Of a stretch of 64,000 bases of DNA, positions 17,934 to 28,202 are shown piece after piece; within the stretch, counting starts at the first letter, position 1; every line of letters starts with the position of its first letter. The notes under the pieces were generated by a model, which saw only the letters and a program-made list of their open reading frames with translations, was not told the DNA's origin and searched no databases. Source of the stretch: a virus. The position numbers were made by a program, and so were the translations under genes. The stretch is from positions 1 through 64,000 of IMG/VR virus record IMGVR_UViG_3300027969_000052. One strand, written 5' to 3'.

Positions 17934-19150
17934 ACATTTACTCCATGTGGATGCTTATTGTTATAATACACTATATTGGGGGTAGATTGCAAGAGCACAC
18001 TCATAGAATAATGCAAATCTTTGTAATAACCTAAGTTAATGACAGTATTAAATCTCAATTCTGATTTTACCAACGGCTTAGGAATTTTTATGCTGGCAAA
18101 TACAATCTTAATATCTGGATGTATGTCGTTGTTTAAATTGTGCTCTTTTATATAGGCGTTAAAAGACCCGTGACTTTCGTTCGGCATTCGGAACAATACA
18201 CACATTTGAGAACTACTAATGCCCCACTTTAATGCAGTTTCGTGCCACAGCCTAGTGTGTTGAATCTCACTGCCTCCGGGAACAATAACTAATATCGGGC
18301 CGCCAAATTTAACTAAATTTTCAAACTGATCGATATTATAAATTGCGGAGTCAATGAAAATAGGATCAACGCTATTAATAATAGTCTGTGTCACTGGATC
18401 TAATTTAGTCAACTTAAGATCTGTTGCTACTTTATCATCCCATGCTGTAATTCCGAAATTTTTTGCAGATATCAAATATTCAATTAAATTAGTAGACGGC
18501 TTGATTTTAATATTCTTAGAAGCATTCTTTAAAAAATACTTGTCGGCATCTTTAGAAACATGCGGAGCATAGTCGAGCATATTGTCTAATGATTTAAGTA
18601 TATCTTCTAAAAACTCGTTGAACACCGGGTCAGTAATAAACCCATGTTCTACTAAATTTGTCTGTAGCCAAAGTATATTATCTTCTCGCAAAGAAAATAC
18701 CCAGGCCTTATTTGTTGCGTTCCATTCGGCGATATGCCCCTTTAATGGGTTAGCATATATTAAACTTTTCCATCCAGTATTAGATACATAGTTATGGATT
18801 AATTTAATTAATTTCTCGTCGTACGGAAATCTTACTGCAATTTTTTTGTCCCCATCGATATTTTCTATTTTAATAGATTTTTCGTTAATAATGTGTCTGA
18901 ATGGAGTTCTGTATACAGGATTGTTAACATCTATTTGACGTTGAAAATAAACTTCTAGGCTAGCTTGATATGTTTTAATAATGCGATGTACTAGAGTTGC
19001 TTGTTTTTCTGTTAACGCATTGCCGCGCTGAATTTGTGTTGATAGACTAGAGACAAAATTTTTCTCCCAACCATTACTTTGAATGATGTCAGGTTCAAAT
19101 AAGTACTTGTCTTCGCAAGCAAGACGCATGACTAGATCTTCTACAAACAT
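17915..19150 (-). CDS. hypothetical protein with HARP-like segment
   Basis: IAVRFPYDEKLIKLI...EWNATNKAWVFSL; lies between uvsY and uvsW. Confidence 0.65.
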   Translation of the reverse strand: MFVEDLVMRLACEDKYLFEPDIIQSNGWEKNFVSSLSTQIQRGNALTEKQATLVHRIIKTYQASLEVYFQRQIDVNNPVYRTPFRHIINEKSIKIENIDGDKKIAVRFPYDEKLIKLIHNYVSNTGWKSLIYANPLKGHIAEWNATNKAWVFSLREDNILWLQTNLVEHGFITDPVFNEFLEDILKSLDNMLDYAPHVSKDADKYFLKNASKNIKIKPSTNLIEYLISAKNFGITAWDDKVATDLKLTKLDPVTQTIINSVDPIFIDSAIYNIDQFENLVKFGGPILVIVPGGSEIQHTRLWHETALKWGISSSQMCVLFRMPNESHGSFNAYIKEHNLNNDIHPDIKIVFASIKIPKPLVKSELRFNTVINLGYYKDLHYSMSVLLQSTPNIVYYNNKHPHGVNVCPQQN

Positions 19151-19605
19151 TAGATATGTACATCTTCCATTCCGGCAGTTCTAAGTTTGATAATGTTAGA
19201 GACTTGCCATTGTTTAATATCAAGACCTTTAATAATCCCTAGCCATTGATTGCGTAACAAGGCAAACTCGTTAACAATTTTTTCTAGATCGACTACGTCG
19301 GCCTCACCGTCAACATATTTCTCACAGTCCCGTGAGCTTAGAGCACGTTGATAATTCTCTAAGTATTTCTTAAACGCCTTGCTTCGAGTACGTCTAAGTT
19401 CAATATTTAAATATTCTAACACAGCTTCAATTTCTTGAAGCTGGTTAAAACGTTGTTCAACGATACCAGGAAGTGCGGCGCTGGCTTTCTCAAGATTGCC
19501 ATACACTTTAACTTCCTTCCTGGCCTCGTCTAACTGAGTATAAAAATACTCAATACAATCAGGCAAGTGAGCAAGATCTCGACTTACTTTACTGTACCAA
19601 GCCAT
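19150..19605 (-). CDS. uvsY: UvsY recombination mediator
   Basis: Helical protein with KYVDGEADV and KGLDIKQWQVSNIIKLR motifs; between uvsX and uvsW. Confidence 0.8.
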   Translation of the reverse strand: MAWYSKVSRDLAHLPDCIEYFYTQLDEARKEVKVYGNLEKASAALPGIVEQRFNQLQEIEAVLEYLNIELRRTRSKAFKKYLENYQRALSSRDCEKYVDGEADVVDLEKIVNEFALLRNQWLGIIKGLDIKQWQVSNIIKLRTAGMEDVHI

Positions 19606-19859
19606 TAATAGTCCTCGTCTTCGTAACCTAAGTTATCTTCGTCAAACGGCTCATCGTCATCAACTCCTTCTTCTTCGACTACTAACTTAATAGCGTCATC
19701 TAAATGGGGATCGTAGCCAGTATAGCCAGACAATGTTTCGGCACTAATATCGTTGCCTAGTAAAAAGTCAACGTATTGATTTGCGGCCATTTCACGATTT
19801 TTTTCAGAAATATATTCACGGAATATATCCCAAACTGTAATAATTAGATTTTCATCCAT
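19605..19859 (-). CDS. small acidic hypothetical protein
   Basis: ATG 19859 (MDENLI) overlaps the uvsX stop; acidic C-terminus. Confidence 0.7.
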   Translation of the reverse strand: MDENLIITVWDIFREYISEKNREMAANQYVDFLLGNDISAETLSGYTGYDPHLDDAIKLVVEEEGVDDDEPFDEDNLGYEDEDY

Positions 19860-20916
19860 TTGCTTCTTCTTCCTCTTGATCAAGTGATATAGTTGAATTG
19901 ACTGCTGATGCATCCCACTCTTTCATAATTGTCATGAGTTTTTCTTCACTCCAATTCTTGCGGAACTCTGCAACAATCTCACCAGTCTCTTTACTAGTGT
20001 AAGCTAATTTATTACCGACCTTGGATAGTACACCCATCTTTTCGAACATGTCAACTAACCCCGAGCTAGGAGCCATACCAGTTGAATATGGAATCTCAAC
20101 TTGTACACTTTCAAAAGGTTTTGCGTAACGAGTTTTCATGATCTTACAAGCTGAACGAATACCCAACACATCAGTTACTTTATTACCATCTGCATCAACT
20201 TTAAGTTTAAGTTTACGCATAGCAACAACAATACTAGATGCATAGATGAAGCCTTGACCACCTGAAATCTTGTCATCTGGATCAAACATATCTTGGCTTG
20301 CGTATGTGTGATTTGTACAAACCATACCTACGTTATAACTACCAAACATGTTTACACAGTTACGAACAAGACTTGTAAGTGCTTTAGGTTTACGGCCCAT
20401 ATCACCTTTCATCTCGCCTGCTTCGAACTGATTTACGTCAGTTGGAGTAAGCAACATACCAAGTGAATCGATTACAAACAACACCTTAGGACGTTCCTCT
20501 AAAGGCATTACTTTGTACTCTTTCATGAACTCTGAAATGGTTTTAGCCACATCATCGATCATAGCCATATTAAGTTTAAGCAACTTATCTTCGGATGTAT
20601 CAACACCCAAATCTAGCAACCACTGTTTGTCCAACGCATTTTCTGAGTCAACTAAGACAACAAAAATACCTTGTTCTTGAGCGGCTTTAATAATGTTTCC
20701 AGAACAGATATATGATTTACCTGCACCAGACTCTCCGGCAAACACAGTTACCTTACCCAAAGGGACTCCCTTAAAGAAGTCCCCCGAGATAAGATAGTTT
20801 AGTGCATAGTTGCCAGTACTGACCCAGTCAGTTGGGTCATTGAAACCAATTCCTAAGCCATCAATACTTTTGGTGATAGACTTACGGAACTTCGAAATAT
20901 CGAAGGCCTTTCCCAT
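19852..20916 (-). CDS. uvsX: UvsX/RecA-like recombinase
   Basis: STGNYALNYLISG, AGESGAGKS, DSENA, VIDSLGML, NHTY, SGGQG. Confidence 0.95.
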   Translation of the reverse strand: MGKAFDISKFRKSITKSIDGLGIGFNDPTDWVSTGNYALNYLISGDFFKGVPLGKVTVFAGESGAGKSYICSGNIIKAAQEQGIFVVLVDSENALDKQWLLDLGVDTSEDKLLKLNMAMIDDVAKTISEFMKEYKVMPLEERPKVLFVIDSLGMLLTPTDVNQFEAGEMKGDMGRKPKALTSLVRNCVNMFGSYNVGMVCTNHTYASQDMFDPDDKISGGQGFIYASSIVVAMRKLKLKVDADGNKVTDVLGIRSACKIMKTRYAKPFESVQVEIPYSTGMAPSSGLVDMFEKMGVLSKVGNKLAYTSKETGEIVAEFRKNWSEEKLMTIMKEWDASAVNSTISLDQEEEEANG

Positions 20917-20928
20917 AGTCTATTCCCC

Positions 20929-21939
20929 TTATGCTTTTTGACGGTTACGAATCATTGCAAGAATGTCTTGCGCTCTTGCACTTGCATCGGTCCCTGCAGT
21001 CGCTGATGTAGCTTTCTCCGCCACAGGAGCGTCTTCAGCAACTTTAACTGCGGGTGCTGACGCCGCACTCTCAAAAGGGACATCGTCTTCGTCCGGAGTT
21101 GATGCTACAGGTGCTTTTGCTGTGGTGTTACCAGTTGCCTGTCCACTGCCGCCCATTCCTGCTGGCTTGAAGTATTGACCCCAACGTTCTAAATCATATG
21201 CTTCACCGTCGACTGACGCTTCAAACATTTCTTTCATTACCTTGAGCTCAACATCGCCTGGCTTCTTGGGTAAGAAGTCTTTCAAGCTGAACAAACCGTG
21301 TTGTTCCACTGCGGCCTTTTCTTCATCACTTAATGCACGTTCACGACGAGCATACTTTGATGTTGAGTAGTCTGCATATCCGCCTTTGCTAGTTTTAGCA
21401 ATACGGAAATCTACGCCACGTAGATAGTCTGTTGGCAAGTCTTCCATATCTGGATCCATTAGAGCGGCCTTAACAATGTTAAAGATCTGGCTACCAATGA
21501 TGAATCGACGGATTGGATTCTCTGGAGTCTTGTCTTCTTTTAGAGGATTATCCAATACAAATCCTTGGAACAAGTAACTACGCTTTTTCCAATACTTACG
21601 ACCCATAGCTTCTAGGCTAGGATCTTTAAACCAAGGACGAACCTCAGTAAGAATTGGACATGTCTCGCCCCACATTTCCATACAAGGAACTTGTACAGTA
21701 ACAGGCTTAGAGCTTGTTTCGCCCTTAATACCTGCAAATGGCAATTTAATCATTGCACGTTCAATCCAGAAGAAAGTATTGTCGCCGTTGCCGTCTGGCA
21801 AGAAACGAACAGTTACTTCACTGTTTTCTTGAATGTTCCAATGGGGATAAATTGCGTTGTCGCCAGTACCAGCGGATTGCCCGCCTTGGCGTGATTGTGC
21901 TTCTTGAAGTTTCGCACGGATTTCTGCTAAAGATGCCAT
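20929..21939 (-). CDS. gp32: single-stranded DNA-binding protein (T4 gp32-like)
   Basis: VRFLPD, C...W..TCP, G.DFRI.K..KGGYADYSTS, acidic/Ala-rich tail; AAGGAG SD. Confidence 0.9.
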   Translation of the reverse strand: MASLAEIRAKLQEAQSRQGGQSAGTGDNAIYPHWNIQENSEVTVRFLPDGNGDNTFFWIERAMIKLPFAGIKGETSSKPVTVQVPCMEMWGETCPILTEVRPWFKDPSLEAMGRKYWKKRSYLFQGFVLDNPLKEDKTPENPIRRFIIGSQIFNIVKAALMDPDMEDLPTDYLRGVDFRIAKTSKGGYADYSTSKYARRERALSDEEKAAVEQHGLFSLKDFLPKKPGDVELKVMKEMFEASVDGEAYDLERWGQYFKPAGMGGSGQATGNTTAKAPVASTPDEDDVPFESAASAPAVKVAEDAPVAEKATSATAGTDASARAQDILAMIRNRQKA

Positions 21940-22013
21940 AATGATTTCTCCTTAATAAAATTTAAATTATGCCTTTATTTGCCTCTCTTTTAAAGCCTAC
22001 TGACTATAAAAGA

Positions 22014-22059
22014 AAAAGTGCATACGTGTTATTGTACGCACTTTTATTTATCATGTCAA
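22014..22059 (-). promoter_or_regulatory. dual sigma70 + late promoter with overlapping inverted repeat upstream of gp32
   Basis: TTGACA (22059-22054), 17 nt, TACAAT (22036-22031); TAAATA at 22050-22045; inverted repeat aaaagtgcgtac/gtatgcactttt. Confidence 0.75.
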
Positions 22060-22062
22060 GAG

Positions 22063-22088
22063 AAAAGGCAGAATATTTCTGCCTTTTT
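22063..22088. terminator. bidirectional intrinsic terminator
   Basis: aaaaggcagaa-tat-ttctgccttttt perfect stem with A/T tails. Confidence 0.8.
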
Positions 22089-22114
22089 AATCTCTGTTAA
22101 CAGAGTGGTTTTGC

Positions 22115-24199
22115 CTATTTGTCTTTGTACTTGTTGAATTTGGCACGTACTGGTTCTAAGTCCTTGCCTTCTGCTTCTGCGTCACGTAAGGCCTGCATAC
22201 CTTTTTTACCATATTTCATTATGCCTTTGGCCGCACGACTCATAGTTTTCTTTTCGGCTTCACTTAATGGAGGTAATCCACTTAGTCTGCGCATTGATTC
22301 CATTTGTTGGCGGTTTTCAAAATCACGCTTAACTTCTTCTTTCTTAATTTGAAGTAACTCATATGCAAGGTCACCTGCCTTTTGGCCAAAGCGTTTGGTT
22401 GTTTCAATCTTAATAGCTTCGTCTCCACGGGGAACAGTTCCGACCAAATCTGGATCATCACCACGATTGATACTGGTCATAACTATTCGAGCAATTTCAG
22501 TCATTGCGTCTTTTGGTAATTTTCCCTGATCCATTTCTTCCATTTCAACGCCGCCAGTGTCAACACCTGGCTTGATTGAGCCACCTTTGGCTTGTGAGCG
22601 CAATCTATTTAGGAAAGAATCATCATCGTCTTCTTCATCCCCACTTTGTGACACATTACCCATTCCGTCATCCGGTGGAGCAACGCGATGTTTAGCCATT
22701 GGGTCTTCGCCGCCTGCAGACATAAACATGCTTTTGGCAACTCTCATAGCTACTTCGTCATTAAACTTGGGAAAGTACATGCCAATCTCTGCGGCAATTT
22801 CTGCCGGGTCTTCGATCTCACCTTTCGCTAGCCTATCTTCGATGCTTGCTTTCCAGTCTTGATAGCTAGTTGGCTCTAGAGAATAACCACCTTCCTTAAC
22901 ATCTCGTCCGCTGTTTCTAGCTAATGTCTTAGGATGACTGATATTCTTTTCAGCTTCTGCATCTAATTCTTGTTTAGTTAAAGGCTTTTCGCCCTTGTCT
23001 TTACGGAATTGGGCAGGAATAGTACTTCTGTCAGGTCCGTCTGCAATTTCGTCTGCCCACTCTTCAAATGCATCAAAACTTTCTTTTTTAATGTCTTCTT
23101 TGCTGTGTATAGGACACTCGTCTTGTCCGCCTTCAAAGGTGCAAGTACACTCTTCTTTATCTTCGCCGACATAGTCTTCTAGATCAACTGTACTTGTTTC
23201 TTGCATTACTTTGTATAGTAGTGGAAAGTATTGTGTTAGGTCTTCTTTGTAACTGCTTACTGTAAATTTAGATTTGTAATCTTCAATAGTAGCCGCATCA
23301 ATTTCAGTCATCTCTGCAATAGCTTCGTCTAAACTTTCACGCCATGCTTCATAATGTGATTGTTTAGCGATATGTTCAATAGTGGCACGTAAGTCACTTA
23401 ATTTAGAACCAACACGGTCAACAATGCCACGTGCTTCATTAGTCAGGCTTTCAATATTGCCCACTTGACGTTTAAATGTACTTAACTGTTTGATCTGTTC
23501 GCTCATCTGCATAATAGATGCGCCTGCTGGATCAAATGGTGTTCCGCCGTTAGATACGTGACGTTGCATTGCCTTTGCGCCTGCAAGGTGAGCGTATGGA
23601 TATTTGAAACGTTCGCCGGCTTCATTTTGAATAAAGACTGCTTTGATATTATTTGGACGACTACGAGCTCCACGGTCTTCGCCAACCTTAGCATTGTGAC
23701 GAATGATTAATAAAGTCTTTTCTAGTGGTCGATAGCTACTCTTTGAACTACCATACATTGTTGATTCGGTTGTCATATTTGATTCCTGTGGAACGGTTGA
23801 TTGTGCTGATGCTTGTTGTGCGGCCTGCTGTGTTGCAAGATACGCAAAATCATTTTTGTCTAGATTACCCTTGCTAATATCACGAGTGTCAAATCTTAAC
23901 ATCCTACGTTTAGCAAATTGGCGCATTTCTTTTAAAAAGTCAAACCAGAATTTCTGTATACTAGAATTAGTATCTTCTACAATTCCTTGGCTATAATAAA
24001 CTTTTAGGCTTCCTAGCTCGTTTATACTGATACTTACTCTTCCTAAGTTGTCACCTTCAACGACAAAATCAAAATCAAAAAAACGAGCTTCTTGCGGTAC
24101 TACAGTAACGGCGCCTGCTTCGCTACCCATTTGAAGGTTAGAAAAGCGGCTACGGACTTTGTCAAAAAGATCTTGGGAAATAAGTTCAATAGCATTCAT
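22115..24199 (-). CDS. large hypothetical protein, probably head-associated
   Basis: 694 aa; globular-looking N-terminal half, acidic low-complexity C-terminal half; late promoter; directly downstream of the terminase. Confidence 0.7.
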   Translation of the reverse strand: MNAIELISQDLFDKVRSRFSNLQMGSEAGAVTVVPQEARFFDFDFVVEGDNLGRVSISINELGSLKVYYSQGIVEDTNSSIQKFWFDFLKEMRQFAKRRMLRFDTRDISKGNLDKNDFAYLATQQAAQQASAQSTVPQESNMTTESTMYGSSKSSYRPLEKTLLIIRHNAKVGEDRGARSRPNNIKAVFIQNEAGERFKYPYAHLAGAKAMQRHVSNGGTPFDPAGASIMQMSEQIKQLSTFKRQVGNIESLTNEARGIVDRVGSKLSDLRATIEHIAKQSHYEAWRESLDEAIAEMTEIDAATIEDYKSKFTVSSYKEDLTQYFPLLYKVMQETSTVDLEDYVGEDKEECTCTFEGGQDECPIHSKEDIKKESFDAFEEWADEIADGPDRSTIPAQFRKDKGEKPLTKQELDAEAEKNISHPKTLARNSGRDVKEGGYSLEPTSYQDWKASIEDRLAKGEIEDPAEIAAEIGMYFPKFNDEVAMRVAKSMFMSAGGEDPMAKHRVAPPDDGMGNVSQSGDEEDDDDSFLNRLRSQAKGGSIKPGVDTGGVEMEEMDQGKLPKDAMTEIARIVMTSINRGDDPDLVGTVPRGDEAIKIETTKRFGQKAGDLAYELLQIKKEEVKRDFENRQQMESMRRLSGLPPLSEAEKKTMSRAAKGIMKYGKKGMQALRDAEAEGKDLEPVRAKFNKYKDK

Positions 24200-24211
24200 A
24201 ATGTGTATTTA

Positions 24212-25801
24212 TTAAAAACTACTGACGTATATGGGTAACGGAAGCTCCATTTCCTCATTTACGTAGTCGTGCATAGTGTCGTAGATCGTCGGATCCCACT
24301 CTTGTAATTGCATAATCATGCGTATTGCAACCAGCATAGCAGACACTAAATCGTCCGGTTCTTCGTTTTTACCTCTAAAACTAGTGCCGTGAGCAATAAA
24401 TGTTTTTAACTGACTAATAAAACTCTGGCTCTTAATCGTGCATTTTCTAGTTTCTATTAGATGTTTTAATTTGGCACATGTTGCTACTTTAGCTTTTTCC
24501 GTAGTATTATAGCCCTTGCGATAGCGCCTAGCATGTCCTTTTTTAATGGGCTCGCTTAGGAACATTCCCGGAAACGTTTCTTCCCCTAGTTCTCCTATAG
24601 CAACTAAGGCGGCCTCTCCAACAGTATTATTCTCAACAGAATAATATATGCTAGCCGACGCTCCCTTTTCTTGACATGCCTCTTCGATGTATCTACATAT
24701 ATCTCGCATGATTTTTACTTGACTTTGAATAGGAGTTAAATTATGGTGCCATTCGCCTACTTGTATCATCGTAGGTATTTCAACAACTTCAATGGCCGCA
24801 TAATTGCCACCAGTACCTAAACTAGGATCAAGGGCAATAACATAGGTACATTTTGGTTCGATCTTTTTATACCATCGTGCCTGCCCCATTTTAACTATAG
24901 GATCTGAACCCTCCATTTGCGTCATAAAAATTGAACTAATTAGGGTTTCATCGTAGACTAGAAATTCGCAACCGTATTCTCGGCGGAAGCGTTCTTCGCC
25001 GATACGCCCCATTTCGACTTGTTTCCATTCTTCGTCTCGATCCGGATGCTCCCACCAGTTTGATTTATAGCCAAAGAATCCATTAACTCCTAGTCCGTCT
25101 TCTTTGACGTTACCGAACTCGTCTTCTATTTTAATTGCACCAAACCAAATTTCTGCAAATTGATCTTCGTCTGAGTTAGGAGTTGAAGTAATAATCGCCT
25201 TACCACCAGTTGCTAGTGTTGGGGATATCGAAGTCCAAAACTCTTTAGCAATATTAGGCGGAACAAATGCAAACTCGTCGCAGTATAATAATGATATAGA
25301 CATACCACGACCAGTGTTTTCAGTTGTTGTTTGTGCCACGATACGTGAACCGTTGTCAAATTCAATTGACTGTTTGTTATAACTTGTAACACCGCAACGA
25401 ATATGATCAGGGCATAATTCGTATGCGTAGCGAATACGTTGCATAATTTCTTGTGCGCCTGTGTATTTGTGAGCCGCAATAAGAATCGTTTGATCTGGCT
25501 TGAACATTGCATACCATAATAGATATCCTACGGCAGTAGTTGTCTTGCCGCTTTGTCGAGGAAGCATGTTTACGTTGAAACGATAGTTGTGTAAACTATC
25601 AACTAAGTTTTCTTGATATCCGTATGCCTCGTACTGTATCTGTCCTCTGGTCGGATGTTGTATTGCAAAAAACTTTTTTAAAAAATATTTGTGACCAGCA
25701 TCAGGATCTGCACAGGCTACAATATCTTGTATATCCTGTTCTGTAAATTTTTGCGTCTTGTTTGCGCTCTTAATTAAGCCACTGTTATTTGGTAAACTCA
25801 T
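24212..25801 (-). CDS. gp17: terminase large subunit (T4 gp17-like)
   Basis: YQE, PRQSGKTT, LYCDEFAF, ITSTPN, ALDPS, VENN, DDLVSA; start at ATG 25801, 5 nt after TAAATA. Confidence 0.95.
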   Translation of the reverse strand: MSLPNNSGLIKSANKTQKFTEQDIQDIVACADPDAGHKYFLKKFFAIQHPTRGQIQYEAYGYQENLVDSLHNYRFNVNMLPRQSGKTTTAVGYLLWYAMFKPDQTILIAAHKYTGAQEIMQRIRYAYELCPDHIRCGVTSYNKQSIEFDNGSRIVAQTTTENTGRGMSISLLYCDEFAFVPPNIAKEFWTSISPTLATGGKAIITSTPNSDEDQFAEIWFGAIKIEDEFGNVKEDGLGVNGFFGYKSNWWEHPDRDEEWKQVEMGRIGEERFRREYGCEFLVYDETLISSIFMTQMEGSDPIVKMGQARWYKKIEPKCTYVIALDPSLGTGGNYAAIEVVEIPTMIQVGEWHHNLTPIQSQVKIMRDICRYIEEACQEKGASASIYYSVENNTVGEAALVAIGELGEETFPGMFLSEPIKKGHARRYRKGYNTTEKAKVATCAKLKHLIETRKCTIKSQSFISQLKTFIAHGTSFRGKNEEPDDLVSAMLVAIRMIMQLQEWDPTIYDTMHDYVNEEMELPLPIYVSSF

Positions 25802-25814
25802 AATGTTATTTACG

Positions 25815-25842
25815 AAAAAAATAGGCTCCGAAGAGCCTATTT
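25815..25842 (-). terminator. rho-independent terminator with C(UUCG)G tetraloop
   Basis: Minus strand ataggctc-TTCG-gagcctat-tttttt. Confidence 0.85.
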
Positions 25843-25858
25843 GTGAGTCCAATTTGTT

Positions 25859-26671
25859 TTACTGAGCCTTATATACTTCGTATTGTTTCATTAAATCTGT
25901 TGTAATAGATGATAAAGATTGCTCTGTTGTATTTTCTTGTACTGTTGATTCTGCTGTCATTGGGTTTGAGCCACTGTTTGGAGGAGTATATTCAAAACTA
26001 CGAATTTTGTTTAATACGCTAGCGAAATCGTTTAAAGGATCTGTGCTTCTTGTTTTTTCTTGTGGACTATTGTCAAACTGCCGTAAACTTTCTAAGCCTA
26101 AATCTTGTTTGTCTTTGCCTGCTAATTGCTGTGCCATGTCTTGTACTTGGTCTGCCATATCGCTAATGTCGCCGCCGGCAGGTCCAGCAGTACCCATTTC
26201 TGCACCCATGTCACCTGTATCGGCAATTTCGTCATTGCCGATATCGTCCATTCCACCTAAAGAAGATTCTTCGTCTTCGACTTGATCGATTGCGTTTAAT
26301 GCAGATCGAATATCGTCCTTGCCGCCCATCGGAGGCTCGCCAGTTAATGGTCGACTTGGTTCATTGTGACCCATTGGACCGTCGATTGGACCGTCTTTTT
26401 TAACACCGGCTAGTGTCATAATTTGTGTCAGCATGTTTGCAACTTCGTCGCCGCTTGCGGCAGAAGCATTAATGCTAAAGCTAGCAGGAGTATTGTTTGC
26501 CATGCCCATTGAAGGAGTCATTGACATCCCCATTGGACCACCGCATTCTCCCATCGCTGACTCAGTTATCACAGCAACATTTGCGTCTTGAACCATTTTG
26601 GTAGATTCTTTAATGCCACCATTGGCGTCATCTAATTCAGCCAATCTTTTAATTACGTCGATCATTTGCAT
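25859..26671 (-). CDS. acidic low-complexity protein, probable internal head/scaffold-associated
   Basis: 270 aa, Met/Gly/Asp-rich, located among packaging genes. Confidence 0.65.
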   Translation of the reverse strand: MQMIDVIKRLAELDDANGGIKESTKMVQDANVAVITESAMGECGGPMGMSMTPSMGMANNTPASFSINASAASGDEVANMLTQIMTLAGVKKDGPIDGPMGHNEPSRPLTGEPPMGGKDDIRSALNAIDQVEDEESSLGGMDDIGNDEIADTGDMGAEMGTAGPAGGDISDMADQVQDMAQQLAGKDKQDLGLESLRQFDNSPQEKTRSTDPLNDFASVLNKIRSFEYTPPNSGSNPMTAESTVQENTTEQSLSSITTDLMKQYEVYKAQ

Positions 26672-26672
26672 T

Positions 26673-27251
26673 TTAGTTTTTCCTTGGAACTATAGGGCTT
26701 GTGTTATTCTGCGCCACATCGTTGGTAGTTTTGCCGCTGTCGCCAGCTGGAATAACTTCGCCCCTTTCTTTACGATTGGCCTTTAAATTATCGTTTAATG
26801 CTTTTACAAAGCTAGTATTGTATTCTGTACCATAATATTTTGTACTGTCAACTGCTGGTACTTCTTTATAATCTGGATCATTTAATAATGCGCCTTCACG
26901 CTTTTCTAATGGTTGCTGATATGCTTCGGAAGGTTCATTGGGATTACGTACTACAACATGATCTGTGCCTAACTGACATGATGCTGTGATGTATTCACGT
27001 AATTCAAAACTAGTAGTAGGGTATTCTAAACTAACTTCGTACACGCTCACTTCACAATTTTTTACTCTTGGGAAATCTAAGGGAAGTGCCTGAGTTGGTG
27101 TTGTTGATACTTTTTTAAATCCTGACACAGAATATTTTTCTAACCCTTGACGAAGTATGCCTTCGTTTTCAGAGGAAAAGTCCCCTGCGATTTTAATTTT
27201 AAAATCGTAAGTCTTTTTTGATTCTGCCAGGTATTCTTTAAATGTTTTCAT
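26673..27251 (-). CDS. hypothetical protein with T4 capsid-targeting-like N-terminus
   Basis: Starts MKTFKEYLAE (compare the T4 internal-protein CTS MKTYQEFIAE). Confidence 0.7.
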   Translation of the reverse strand: MKTFKEYLAESKKTYDFKIKIAGDFSSENEGILRQGLEKYSVSGFKKVSTTPTQALPLDFPRVKNCEVSVYEVSLEYPTTSFELREYITASCQLGTDHVVVRNPNEPSEAYQQPLEKREGALLNDPDYKEVPAVDSTKYYGTEYNTSFVKALNDNLKANRKERGEVIPAGDSGKTTNDVAQNNTSPIVPRKN

Positions 27252-27267
27252 AGTTAATTCCTACCCT

Positions 27268-27750
27268 TTATTTATCCATGTTTTTAAGTTTTGCCAGGAG
27301 ACTATTTCGGTCAGAAATCACGTATCCTTCGCCTGCTACGACTCCGTTGTCGCCGCCGGGATTATCTTTTTTATCTATTGCTAGCTTCTTGAGCTGTAGT
27401 TCAACCATTTTGAGTTTTTTATCAATTTTAGCTGATTTAGCCTCTACTGCTGTTTTTAACATATTACCCGCAACTTCAAACATACGCGAACCATATCTTG
27501 CTTCTACTTGCATACCTAGGTCCATTAAATCATCATATGCTTGTTCTGCTTTAGTAGCAAGCGCATCTAATTCTGAGTCGCTTATATGCCCGAGTCCCTC
27601 TACTTTTGGAAGAGCGGCTGAAATTTTATCAAACTCTTCTAAGTTCTGTTGTAAACTTATATGTGTTTCAACTTGGGTAACAGTTGGCTTTTCTAAAGGA
27701 GCATCTTCAGCAGGCGAAATGTTTAAAAGTTCTTCTAATTTCTTAGTCAT
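27268..27750 (-). CDS. gp16: terminase small subunit (T4 gp16-like)
   Basis: Helical; RMFEVAGNMLK resembles the gp16-family R.(Y/F)EV...L.K motif; close to gp17. Confidence 0.6.
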   Translation of the reverse strand: MTKKLEELLNISPAEDAPLEKPTVTQVETHISLQQNLEEFDKISAALPKVEGLGHISDSELDALATKAEQAYDDLMDLGMQVEARYGSRMFEVAGNMLKTAVEAKSAKIDKKLKMVELQLKKLAIDKKDNPGGDNGVVAGEGYVISDRNSLLAKLKNMDK

Positions 27751-27758
27751 ATTTTTAC

Positions 27759-28202
27759 TTATCGTTTTAAGGCGCCTTGATGGAAAATATCAGTTTCGTT
27801 TAAAACCCGAAATTTAAGCCCTTTTGATTGTGCCCATTGTGTTGCTACTTGCCATTTGGCCATATTCTTAATATATTGAGCTTGGTTATAAGGGTTCTTT
27901 CCTACCTTCTCTTTAATCTGCTGATTTGCTGGTTTAATTTCCCAAAGCTCTGCACGTTTGTTCATGTCTTTGTCAATGAATACAACTAAAAAGTCCGGAA
28001 CGTAAACTGTTTGTTTTCCAGTTAGCGGATCTCTATATGGAATCTTTATACTTTCGCTAGCCCATTGCTGTATAGATGGGTTGTTATCGCACATTCGCAT
28101 AACTGCTAGTTCCCAGCTAGATCTATAGGTAGGTTGCCCTGTACCTATATACTTGTCCGGGTTTTTAAGGTTGTATTGACCTTTTGCAAATCTTAAACTC
28201 AA
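27759..28202 (-). CDS. gp4: head completion nuclease (T4 gp4/TnsA-like)
   Basis: KNPDKYIG...YRSSWE...WASE...IPY...YVPDF...EIKP. Confidence 0.9.
   Translation of the reverse strand: MSLRFAKGQYNLKNPDKYIGTGQPTYRSSWELAVMRMCDNNPSIQQWASESIKIPYRDPLTGKQTVYVPDFLVVFIDKDMNKRAELWEIKPANQQIKEKVGKNPYNQAQYIKNMAKWQVATQWAQSKGLKFRVLNETDIFHQGALKR

Noticed and set aside
9133-25801. Inteins or introns in helicase, UvsX, UvsW or terminase
   Set aside because: Lengths and motif spacing are normal; no Hint or LAGLIDADG insertions are evident
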